Assembly (NCBI GenBank): GCA_964456585.1
Contig: CAYWBT010000002.1
Coordinates: 1-57,135 of the forward strand
DNA from: an uncultured bacterium
Lineage (GTDB): Bacteria > Latescibacterota > Latescibacteria > Latescibacterales > Latescibacteraceae
Direction: 5' to 3'
Length of the DNA: 57,135 nucleotides
Below are positions 49,787 through 57,135 of this stretch, one piece after another. Each line of letters starts with the position of its first letter. Positions within the stretch are counted from its first letter, which is position 1. The notes under the pieces were generated by a model. That model did not search any database and had not been told where the DNA came from. It was given only the letters and a program-made list of their open reading frames with translations. The position numbers were made by a program, and so were the translations under genes.

Positions 49787-50185
49787 TTACCAAATGTAGC
49801 AGACAACCTCACCGCCGACACCCTTTTTTCTGGCGTCACGGTCGGTCATTACGCCGCTTGATGTGGAAATAACAGCTATCCCGAGCCCGTTGAGTACCCG
49901 TGGTAGTCCGTTCGCGGGAGAGTACTTCCTCAGGCCGGGTTTTGAAATTCGCCGAATACCTTTTATTATCGGCTTCTCAGATTTATCATACCGGAGAAAA
50001 ACCTGCAGCTCTCCCTGCCTTCCATCCTCGTGATAGACACACCGCTCAATGAAATGCTCTTCGGTGAGAATGTGGGCCAGTTCCCGCTTCAGTTTCGAAG
50101 CAGGGATACTCACCCACTTTTTGCCCGCCTTGGAACCATTCCGAATTCTTGTCAGCATATCAGCAATAGGGTCTGTCATCCCCAT
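49787..50185 (-). CDS. rpsH: 30S ribosomal protein S8
   Basis: MTDPIADMLTRIRN...and C-terminal G.AV.STS.G.MTD..ARK.GVGGEV.C..W. Confidence 0.95.
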   Translation of the reverse strand: MGMTDPIADMLTRIRNGSKAGKKWVSIPASKLKRELAHILTEEHFIERCVYHEDGRQGELQVFLRYDKSEKPIIKGIRRISKPGLRKYSPANGLPRVLNGLGIAVISTSSGVMTDRDARKKGVGGEVVCYIW

Positions 50186-50215
50186 ATAACTGCTCCTCGT
50201 TCAAAGTTCAACGTT

Positions 50216-50401
50216 TTACCAACTGGCTTTTGTCACTCCGGGAATCTCCCCTTTGAGCGCCAGTTCTCGAAAACAAATCCTGCATATACCGAACTTCCTC
50301 ATGTATGCCCGTGACCTTCCGCAGCGGAAACACCTGTTGTACTTTTGTACAGGAAACTTCGGCTTTTTCTTCTGTTTTACGATGAGCGCTTTCTTGGCCA
50401 C
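50216..50401 (-). CDS. rpsZ: 30S ribosomal protein S14 type Z (zinc-binding, 61 aa)
   Basis: GTG start 10 nt after [17 protein letters not shown]....[43 protein letters not shown] with CxxC...CxxC. Confidence 0.95.
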   Translation of the reverse strand: MAKKALIVKQKKKPKFPVQKYNRCFRCGRSRAYMRKFGICRICFRELALKGEIPGVTKASW

Positions 50402-50560
50402 GCTAGCATTACCTCCTTAAAAGAGTGGCAAAAATATTTCCCGAATGTGATCATTACCTCGGAGATCAGACAGAATAATCGACCCGCCTGCCTCCGCGAG
50501 TACTCCCCGACTCTTTTCTTACGAACAAAGTAGGAAACACTATGGCGTCAGTATCCCCTC

Positions 50561-51103
50561 TCAATCCTTAAAAGGAAATCCAAACCCCTTCAGGAGAGCC
50601 TTTGCCTCTTCATCCCGTTTCCCCGTGGTCACAAACGTAATGTTTAATCCTCTGATTTTTTCAATCTTGTCTAAATCAACCTCCGGAAAAATAATCTGTT
50701 CCTTGAGGCCAATCGAATAGTTTCCATACCCATCGAAGGAACGTCCCGGTAGTCCTCGAAAATCGCGTACTCTCGGGATGGCAAAGCTCAAGAGCCTGTC
50801 CAGAAATTCGAACATCCGGTCTCGCCGGAGGGTCACCTTGCACCCGACCGGCATGCCGATTCTCAGCTTGAAATTCGAAATCGCCTTCTTTGCCTTCCTG
50901 ATTATGGGCTTCTGCCCGGTGATGAGCGTCATCTCATCCACCGCTGCATCAAGCACCTTTCGGTCCTGAATCGCCTCGCCAACGCCCACATTAACCACGA
51001 TCTTGGTCAGCTTCGGGATTTCCATGGGACTCTTATACTTGAACTCCTTCTTGAGTGCAGGTATAATTTCCTGTTCATATTTTTCTTTCAGTCTCGGCGC
51101 CAT
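50561..51103 (-). CDS. rplE: 50S ribosomal protein L5
   Basis: [14 protein letters not shown]...NVGVGEA......L......L..ITGQKP...AKK.I..FK.R.GMP.G.KVTLR. Confidence 0.95.
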   Translation of the reverse strand: MAPRLKEKYEQEIIPALKKEFKYKSPMEIPKLTKIVVNVGVGEAIQDRKVLDAAVDEMTLITGQKPIIRKAKKAISNFKLRIGMPVGCKVTLRRDRMFEFLDRLLSFAIPRVRDFRGLPGRSFDGYGNYSIGLKEQIIFPEVDLDKIEKIRGLNITFVTTGKRDEEAKALLKGFGFPFKD

Positions 51104-51141
51104 GCTCGCGTACCTCTCCTCTCAGTATCCATACCACTCCC

Positions 51142-51468
51142 TTAGGAAGTTGAGTTGGTAATCATTTCACCACAACGCTTGCACGTTCTCACCTTGCCAC
51201 CATCAGAAAGCCGGGTCATCTTCGTTTTCACTCCGGCATTGCACTTGCCGCATATGACCATGAGATTCGATAAGCGCACCGCGGCTTCCTTCTCTACAAT
51301 TCCCCCCTGGGGATTCTGCTGGGTGGGCCGCATGTGGCGTTTCACAAAATTGACACTTTCGACGATCGCTCGATTGTTCTCCGTATCAACCTTGAGCACT
51401 TTCCCTTCCTTGCCCCGGTCATCCCCACTGATCACAATAACCCTGTCATTTTTGCAGATTTTTTTCAT
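51142..51468 (-). CDS. rplX: 50S ribosomal protein L24 (with CxxC...CxxC in the C-terminal part)
   Basis: ORF 51142..51501. The conserved start is [27 protein letters not shown] at ATG 51468, 13 nt after the rplN stop. [26 protein letters not shown]. Confidence 0.9.
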   Translation of the reverse strand: MKKICKNDRVIVISGDDRGKEGKVLKVDTENNRAIVESVNFVKRHMRPTQQNPQGGIVEKEAAVRLSNLMVICGKCNAGVKTKMTRLSDGGKVRTCKRCGEMITNSTS

Positions 51469-51481
51469 CTTGCACCATACC

Positions 51482-51850
51482 TTATAATACTTCGCTTGCA
51501 AGCGAAATGATCTTCATATACTGTTTTTCGCGAAGCTCACGCGCCACAGGGCCGAAAATACGCGTCCCCTGGGGTTCCTTCTGATCGTCAATAATAACCG
51601 CAGCGTTATCGTCGAACTTGATGTACGAACCATCCTTCCGCCGCACCGACTTCCTCGTTCTCACCACGACAGCCCGAACGACATCGCCCTTCTTCACCTG
51701 ACCGTGCGGTGTCGAATCCTTGACCGAACACACGATGACATCGCCGATAGAAGCGAACTTCCTATGTGTTCCCCCGAGTACCCGGAAGCACATGATTCGC
51801 TTCGCACCGGTATTGTCTGCTACGTTGAGTATGGTATATTCTTGTATCAT
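51482..51850 (-). CDS. rplN: 50S ribosomal protein L14
   Basis: [26 protein letters not shown]...A.IGDVIV.SVK. Confidence 0.95.
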   Translation of the reverse strand: MIQEYTILNVADNTGAKRIMCFRVLGGTHRKFASIGDVIVCSVKDSTPHGQVKKGDVVRAVVVRTRKSVRRKDGSYIKFDDNAAVIIDDQKEPQGTRIFGPVARELREKQYMKIISLASEVL

Positions 51851-51860
51851 CCTTCTGCCC

Positions 51861-52121
51861 CTATTTAGCCCGCTCCAATATTTTCGTCAGGCGCCATCGC
51901 TTGGTTTTCGAACGAGGCTTCGTTTCCATGACCTCAACGAGGTCGCCGATGTTCGCTTCGTTCTGTTCATCGTGAACCATCAGTTTTGACCGCTTCTTGA
52001 TAACCCTGCTGTAGCGGGGGTGTCGAACCAGCCGTTCGATTCTCACGGCAACAGTCTTATCACTCTTGTTGCTCGTTACTTTGCCTGACCTGACCTTTCT
52101 TTGGTTTCTCTGTTCTGTCAT
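51861..52121 (-). CDS. rpsQ: 30S ribosomal protein S17
   Basis: [42 protein letters not shown]. Confidence 0.95.
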   Translation of the reverse strand: MTEQRNQRKVRSGKVTSNKSDKTVAVRIERLVRHPRYSRVIKKRSKLMVHDEQNEANIGDLVEVMETKPRSKTKRWRLTKILERAK

Positions 52122-52351
52122 TGCGTATCCTCTCCACCGGCCGGTTCTCCCAGCGTATGTATCCCCCGCTCGTGTTCACGGATGATGGTTTTCAGCCTGG
52201 CAACATTTCTCTTTGCTTGCTTGATGAGCGATGAATTATTGAGCTGAGAAGTAACCAGTTGAAAACGAATCGTTCTCAAATTTTCTTCCGCCGCAAGTAA
52301 ATCGTCCCTGACTTCCTGCAGCAATTTTCCACGGATTTCCTGCGGCTTCAT
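52118..52351 (-). CDS. rpmC: 50S ribosomal protein L29
   Basis: 77-aa helical protein in the canonical position between rplP and rpsQ. EIR.....L.......E.L...RFQ...GQL.N-like pattern (LRTIRFQLVTSQLNN). Confidence 0.9.
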   Translation of the reverse strand: MKPQEIRGKLLQEVRDDLLAAEENLRTIRFQLVTSQLNNSSLIKQAKRNVARLKTIIREHERGIHTLGEPAGGEDTQ

Positions 52352-52354
52352 GCG

Positions 52355-52774
52355 TTATTCCCCATACTCTTTACGTGAGACAAATTTTGTTTTGATGTTC
52401 AGCTTGTGACTGGCAAGCCGCATGGCTTCCTTGGCGATTTCCACTTCGACACCTTCTATTTCGAACAGAATTCGGCACGGCTTCACCACGGCTACCCAGT
52501 GATCAGGGGAACCCTTACCCTTTCCCATACGTGTCTCTGCGGGCTTCAGGGTAATCGGCTTGGAGGGAAATATCCTGATCCATACTTTTCCACCCCTCTT
52601 TATGTGACGTGTAATGGCGACACGGGCGGCCTCAATCTGCCGATCGGTAATCCACCCGGGTTCGAGCGCCATCAGTCCATGCTCGCCGAATGATACCGTC
52701 CCGCCGCGGTACGCTATACCACGACGGTTGCCGCGGTGTTCCTTGCGATGCTTGACTCTTTTGGGCATTAACAT
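52355..52774 (-). CDS. rplP: 50S ribosomal protein L16
   Basis: [15 protein letters not shown]...[54 protein letters not shown]. Confidence 0.95.
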   Translation of the reverse strand: MLMPKRVKHRKEHRGNRRGIAYRGGTVSFGEHGLMALEPGWITDRQIEAARVAITRHIKRGGKVWIRIFPSKPITLKPAETRMGKGKGSPDHWVAVVKPCRILFEIEGVEVEIAKEAMRLASHKLNIKTKFVSRKEYGE

Positions 52775-52815
52775 TATAAAGGTTCCTCTATAGTTACTCT
52801 ATCCTGAAATTTCAA

Positions 52816-53463
52816 CTACTTCGATATCCCCTGAGTATCCAGTATCTCTCCCTTTGACACCCAAACCTTGACACCAATTGTTCCATAGGTCGTATAAGAG
52901 GTGGCTGTGGCGTAATCTATATCGGCACGGAGGGTGTGTAGGGGCACCCTGCCGACGAGATAGCGTTCCTTGCGGGCCATTTCCCCACCACCAAGCCGTC
53001 CCGAGCACATGATGCGAATTCCCTCTGCACCGAGCCGGATTGCCGAGGTCACCGCTTTCTTCATCGCCCGTCGGTGACTGACCCGTTGCTCGAGCTGTCG
53101 AGCGATGTTTTGGGCGATTAGTTGGGCATCGCTCTCGGGATTCTTGACTTCAATGATGTTGAGGAACACATCTTTCTTGGTGAGAAGCTTCAACTCATCC
53201 CGCAGCTTGTCAACCTCGACGCCCTTCCGCCCAATGACAACTCCCGGACGGGCGGTATGGATGTTAACCGTTACCTGATTGGCCGTCCGTCGCTCGATTT
53301 CTACCTGCGACACACCAGCCCTTTCAAGACGTTTGTTGATATAGCGCCGAAGTATGACATCTTCCTGCAGATTCTTATGGAAATTCTTCTCTGTGAACCA
53401 CTTGGAAGACCAGGTTTTGGATATTCCTAGCCTGAAACCAATAGGATGAGTCTTCTGTCCCAA
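52816..53463 (-). CDS. rpsC: 30S ribosomal protein S3
   Basis: [20 protein letters not shown] and the KH domain I.R.....[13 protein letters not shown]. Confidence 0.95.
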   Translation of the reverse strand: MGQKTHPIGFRLGISKTWSSKWFTEKNFHKNLQEDVILRRYINKRLERAGVSQVEIERRTANQVTVNIHTARPGVVIGRKGVEVDKLRDELKLLTKKDVFLNIIEVKNPESDAQLIAQNIARQLEQRVSHRRAMKKAVTSAIRLGAEGIRIMCSGRLGGGEMARKERYLVGRVPLHTLRADIDYATATSYTTYGTIGVKVWVSKGEILDTQGISK

Positions 53464-53477
53464 AATATAACCCCCTT

Positions 53478-53825
53478 TTATTCTTCCCTGTATTCAACAA
53501 TAATTTTTAAATGGCAGGTCCGCTTGCGTATGCGGAAGGCACGCCCCATTGCGCGGGCCCTGATCCTCTTCATCATCGGCCCATCATCACAAGTGGCGTC
53601 CGTTATCATAAGTCTGTTAGGATCGTGAATCTTGTCTCCGTACATATTCTGCGCATTGGCGACCGCGCATCGTACTACCTTTTCCAGGTCGAACGCACTC
53701 TTTTTATTCGTGTGATGAAGTACGTTCAGTGCTTTCTCGACATTCTCTCCCCGTACCAGGTCAAGTACCTGGCGCATTTTCCGGGCGGAACCCCTCAGAA
53801 ATCGTGCACGAGCAACTGCTTGCAT
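53478..53825 (-). CDS. rplV: 50S ribosomal protein L22
   Basis: A.AR..R.S.RK.R.V.DL.RG..V..AL..L.......A....K...SA.ANA and RI.PRA.GRA..I.KRT.H..I. Confidence 0.95.
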   Translation of the reverse strand: MQAVARARFLRGSARKMRQVLDLVRGENVEKALNVLHHTNKKSAFDLEKVVRCAVANAQNMYGDKIHDPNRLMITDATCDDGPMMKRIRARAMGRAFRIRKRTCHLKIIVEYREE

Positions 53826-53857
53826 ATTTATTCCTCTGAAAATCCCCTCAGGGGTGG

Positions 53858-54145
53858 TTATTTAATTGAGACGGCACGTTCTACGAGCTTGCCGCTGTGT
53901 CCGCGGTAGGTGCGGGTAGGCGCGAATTCTCCGAGCTTGTGACCAACCATGTTTTCGGTTATGTATACGGGGATAAACTTGTTCCCGTTATGAACCGCGA
54001 TGGTGTGACCGATAAAATCGGGAGTAATGGTAGAACGCCTGGACCAGGTTTGAATGACCTTCTTATCGTTACGTTTGTTGAGTTCCTTAATTTTTTTCAT
54101 AATGTGGTCATCGACAAACGGTCCTTTTTTTACTGACCGCGCCAT
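53858..54145 (-). CDS. rpsS: 30S ribosomal protein S19
   Basis: [15 protein letters not shown]........[47 protein letters not shown]. Confidence 0.95.
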   Translation of the reverse strand: MARSVKKGPFVDDHIMKKIKELNKRNDKKVIQTWSRRSTITPDFIGHTIAVHNGNKFIPVYITENMVGHKLGEFAPTRTYRGHSGKLVERAVSIK

Positions 54146-54163
54146 AAATAGTACCTCCCAAAT

Positions 54164-54991
54164 TTACTTTTGTCTGCGCTTAACAATAAATTTATCAGAC
54201 TGTTTATTCACTTTTCGTGTCTTGTAGCCTCTGGTCGGCATACCCCAGGGTGTCACGGGGTGACGCCCACCGGAAGAACGCCCTTCACCACCGCCGTGCG
54301 GATGGTCGATGGGATTCATTGCAACACCCCTGACTTTCGGACGCTTACCCTGCCACCGCGACTTGCCAGCCTTTCCCAGCACTTCGTTCGAATGGTCGAG
54401 ATTCCCTACCTGACCGATGGTCGCCATACAATTCTCGTTGATAACGCGCATCTCGGAGGAGGGCAACCGTAAGGTAATCATGTTGCCCTCGCGGGCCATG
54501 ATCTGGCAGGAAGCGCCGGCACTCCGTCCGATCTGCGCCCCCTTGCCGGGCTTCATCTCGATCGCATGCACCTGCGTACCAACCGGTATTCTATTGAGGG
54601 GAAGCGAGTTTCCTGCGCGGATTTCTGCTTTGGAACCGCTCATGAGCGTATCACCGACTTCCACCCCCTCAGGGGAAAGAATGTAACGCTTCTCGCCATC
54701 AGCATACACGAGAAGGGCAATTCGCGCCGAACGGTTTGGATCATACTGAATCGAGTCAACCCGCGCGGGTATGCCTGCCTTGTCACGCTTGAAGTCGACA
54801 ATACGATAAAATCTCTTGTGCCCACCGCCCCGTCGCCGAACGGTGATACGACCGTTTGAGTTTCTGCCGCCGGATTTCTTCAGGGGCACCAAAAGCGACT
54901 TCTCCGGGGTACCCGAAGTGATCTCGGCGAGATCTGATGATGCCATGAACCGCCGTGACGGTGTTGTTGGTTTGTATGTTTTTACACCCAT
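54164..54991 (-). CDS. rplB: 50S ribosomal protein L2
   Basis: [14 protein letters not shown]......[22 protein letters not shown] and [17 protein letters not shown]. Confidence 0.95.
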   Translation of the reverse strand: MGVKTYKPTTPSRRFMASSDLAEITSGTPEKSLLVPLKKSGGRNSNGRITVRRRGGGHKRFYRIVDFKRDKAGIPARVDSIQYDPNRSARIALLVYADGEKRYILSPEGVEVGDTLMSGSKAEIRAGNSLPLNRIPVGTQVHAIEMKPGKGAQIGRSAGASCQIMAREGNMITLRLPSSEMRVINENCMATIGQVGNLDHSNEVLGKAGKSRWQGKRPKVRGVAMNPIDHPHGGGEGRSSGGRHPVTPWGMPTRGYKTRKVNKQSDKFIVKRRQK

Positions 54992-55003
54992 CGTATTTTT
55001 TCC

Positions 55004-55294
55004 TTACACTCCTTCAAAGAACTCAATCGTATCGCCGACCTCAAGCTGAACGATTGCCCGCTTCCAGTCGGGTCGTCTGCCACTGAATTTGCCCTGGGTT
55101 CTCACCTTTCCATGCGTCCGATAGGTATGTACATCCTTGACCGTGACATTAAACTGGTCCTCGATCGCTTTTCGAATCTCGATCTTGTTACAGTCCTTTT
55201 CGACTTCGAACACATACTTATTCTCATTCTCCTTCATCATGGTGGCTTTTTCCGTGATGATCGGCCTTCTCAGGATAAATTTACTATGTTTCAT
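55004..55294 (-). CDS. rplW: 50S ribosomal protein L23
   Basis: ORF 55004..55312. The ATG at 55294 follows GAGGAAGGTG. ILRRPIITEKAT......NKYVFEV....NK.EI..AIE..F.V.V..V.T. Confidence 0.9.
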   Translation of the reverse strand: MKHSKFILRRPIITEKATMMKENENKYVFEVEKDCNKIEIRKAIEDQFNVTVKDVHTYRTHGKVRTQGKFSGRRPDWKRAIVQLEVGDTIEFFEGV

Positions 55295-55352
55295 ACCACA
55301 CCTTCCTCGCAAATATATAGCTCATCTATCAAAAAGAAGCGTACCAGTTTCC

Positions 55353-56006
55353 TCAGACCTGTGCTTCCTGTACTTTTTCTTTATTGAAAAAATCAACGAC
55401 CTGGTCAACCGATGCCCTCGTCATAAGCAGCACATCCGAATTTGCCACATGGTATGTCGTCGCCCTCGGTGCCATATCCACGATGAGATTGGGAATATTA
55501 TTCGAAGACTTAACCAGATTATCGTCTTTACCCGGTATCAGGAATATAATTTTCTTGCCCGCGATACCGAGTGCCTTAAGCACGTGAGCAACATTCTTTG
55601 TCTTCGGTTCACTCAACTCGAAGTCCTCAACCACGTAAATGGCGTCTTGTGCGGCCTTCATGCTATAGGCACTCTTGAGTCCAATATGGCGCATTTTCTT
55701 GTTAAGCTTCTGATGGTACGATCGGGGCTTCGGTCCGAACGCCACACCACCGCCTACCCAGAGGGGAGAACTCGCCTTTCCCGCACGGGCACGGCCGGTG
55801 CCTTTCTGGCGGTAGGGTTTCGCTTTTGATGCATTGATTTCGCCCCTGCTCTTTGATGAAGCGTTTCCCTGGCGATTGTTTGCCAGGTACGCTTTTATCG
55901 CCTGGTAGAGAACCGTCATGGAAGGCTCTATTCCAAAAATGTCGTCCGGCAATTCCACCGTGCCCGCTTCGCTACCGTCATGTTTGTACAGCGTTACAGC
56001 TTTCAT
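55353..56006 (-). CDS. rplD: 50S ribosomal protein L4
   Basis: V.A.LAN.RQG.AS.K.RGE...[14 protein letters not shown]...SPLW.GGGV.FGPKPR.Y. Confidence 0.95.
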   Translation of the reverse strand: MKAVTLYKHDGSEAGTVELPDDIFGIEPSMTVLYQAIKAYLANNRQGNASSKSRGEINASKAKPYRQKGTGRARAGKASSPLWVGGGVAFGPKPRSYHQKLNKKMRHIGLKSAYSMKAAQDAIYVVEDFELSEPKTKNVAHVLKALGIAGKKIIFLIPGKDDNLVKSSNNIPNLIVDMAPRATTYHVANSDVLLMTRASVDQVVDFFNKEKVQEAQV

Positions 56007-56122
56007 CTTTACCTCATCTATCGTCCATACGCGGTTCGATCAGTCGGGCCAATTTGTGCATGGTATATCGTTCCGTGCGTAACCAAACTTCCCTGCAAAT
56101 CAAGTAAAACCTCTACAGTTTG

Positions 56123-56740
56123 TCACCGCTGCTTTGTTACGAATACAATTCCTTTTTTCGCACCGGGAACAGCACCCTTCACGAAGATTATATTGTTCTC
56201 GGTATCGACCTTGAGAACCTCAAGCCCTTTGACCGTATGCTTTTTGTTGCCGTAATGGCCGGGAAGTTTTTTCCCCTTAAACACCCTCGAGGGGTCGGAG
56301 GATGCACCAATGGAACCGGGAATCCTTTTTGCACGGCAACCGTGGCTATCATCGCCGCCCTTGAAACCATAACGCTTGGTAACGCCGGCAAAACCGCGTC
56401 CCTTTGTCGTACCGGTAACCATGATCATCTCACCCACCTCGAATATGTCCGCGGTGAGGGTTGAGCCGACTTCGTAGTCATCGGTACTGTCCACCCGGAA
56501 CTCGTGCATGACTTTCATCGGTACGACACCGGCTTTTTCACACACGCCTCTCTCGGGTTTACTGATCTTTTTAGACTCCCAATAGCCGAGTTTTACCGCT
56601 GCATACCCGTCCTTGCCATCAACGTCCTTGACCTGAACAACGGGGCATGGCCCGATTAAGAGCACAGATGTCGGACATATGACACCATTTTCCAGATAAA
56701 ACTGGCTCATGCCAACTTTTTTTCCTATGAGACCTATCAT
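56123..56740 (-). CDS. rplC: 50S ribosomal protein L3
   Basis: MIGLIGKKVGMSQ.......PT.V......V.Q.K..D.DGY.A.KLG and TGT.KGRGFAG..KR..F.GG...HG. Confidence 0.95.
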   Translation of the reverse strand: MIGLIGKKVGMSQFYLENGVICPTSVLLIGPCPVVQVKDVDGKDGYAAVKLGYWESKKISKPERGVCEKAGVVPMKVMHEFRVDSTDDYEVGSTLTADIFEVGEMIMVTGTTKGRGFAGVTKRYGFKGGDDSHGCRAKRIPGSIGASSDPSRVFKGKKLPGHYGNKKHTVKGLEVLKVDTENNIIFVKGAVPGAKKGIVFVTKQR

Positions 56741-56758
56741 ATCTCGTTCCTATACCTG

Positions 56759-57076
56759 TTACACTTTGATTTCAATATCAACACCGGCCGGTAGATCAAG
56801 CTTCATGAGCGAATCAACCGTCTGGGTATTGGAATCATAAATGTCGATCAATCGCTTGTGAATACGTGTTTCAAACTGCTCTCTTGATTTCTTGTCAACA
56901 AAAGGGCTCCTCAGCACCGTGTACACCGATCTCCTTGTCGGAAGCGGCACCGGGCCTGATATGCGAGCACCCGTACGCATAACCGTTCTCACAATCTCAT
57001 CGCTGGAACGATCAAGCGATGCATGGTCGTAGGCCTTGAGCTTTATCCTGATTTTCTGACCTTCCACGTTTGCCAC
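56759..57076 (-). CDS. rpsJ: 30S ribosomal protein S10
   Basis: GTG start. [15 protein letters not shown]...IV.T...TGA...GP.PLPT......VLRSP..DK.SREQFE.R.HKRLIDI. Confidence 0.95.
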   Translation of the reverse strand: MANVEGQKIRIKLKAYDHASLDRSSDEIVRTVMRTGARISGPVPLPTRRSVYTVLRSPFVDKKSREQFETRIHKRLIDIYDSNTQTVDSLMKLDLPAGVDIEIKV

Positions 57077-57083
57077 CTCTCAC

Positions 57084-57135
57084 CTACTCAATAATTTCAG
57101 TTACAACGCCGGCACCGATCGTGCGGCCACCCTCA
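57084..57135 (-). CDS. tuf: Elongation factor Tu, 3' end only (5' part outside the window)
   Basis: My minus-strand translation from 57135 gives ...EGGRTIGAGVVTEIIE followed by TAG (57086-57084). This is the canonical EF-Tu C-terminus, immediately upstream of rpsJ. Confidence 0.85.
   Translation of the reverse strand, partial: EGGRTIGAGVVTEIIE

Overview
This 57 kb window comes from a diderm-type bacterium; TolC, RND pumps and GT9 heptosyltransferase-like genes are all present. I cannot assign the lineage from the sequence alone. There are three blocks.

(1) 1-15.3 kb is a mixed envelope and housekeeping region. It holds a GT2 glycosyltransferase (partial, runs off the edge), an L,D-transpeptidase, a Csd4/Pgp1-like M99 carboxypeptidase and two GT9-like glycosyltransferases. 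It also holds an exonuclease-fused DinG helicase, a flavoprotein, an EAL-HDOD protein, pheA and a YtfI/YtfJ(GerW)-like pair.

(2) 15.4-31.4 kb is a same-strand, tightly packed transport locus and the most unusual part of the window. Its order is:
- an ABC ATPase
- a 1.1k-aa ABC-2 permease fused to an M1-aminopeptidase-like domain (no HExxH) and a golvesin-like C-terminus
- TolC
- an MFP adaptor
- an RND pump
- a 1.58k-aa single ORF made of a complete RND pump, about 6 extra TM helices and a full ABC ATPase domain
- a translationally coupled ABC-2 permease

I do not know of a characterised precedent for a covalent RND-ABC fusion, so I flag it as the candidate novel system.

(3) 31.5-57.1 kb, all on the minus strand, carries ligA, several oxidoreductase and methyltransferase genes, and a GHL10 glycosidase-like gene. 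A complete, colinear tuf-S10-spc-alpha ribosomal protein supercluster runs from the tuf 3' end through rpsJ to rplQ. It includes rpmJ, which the ORF track misses.

I found no CRISPR array, tRNA or rRNA, transposase or integrase. All family calls rest on motifs I recognised by eye in the translations; no database search was run.
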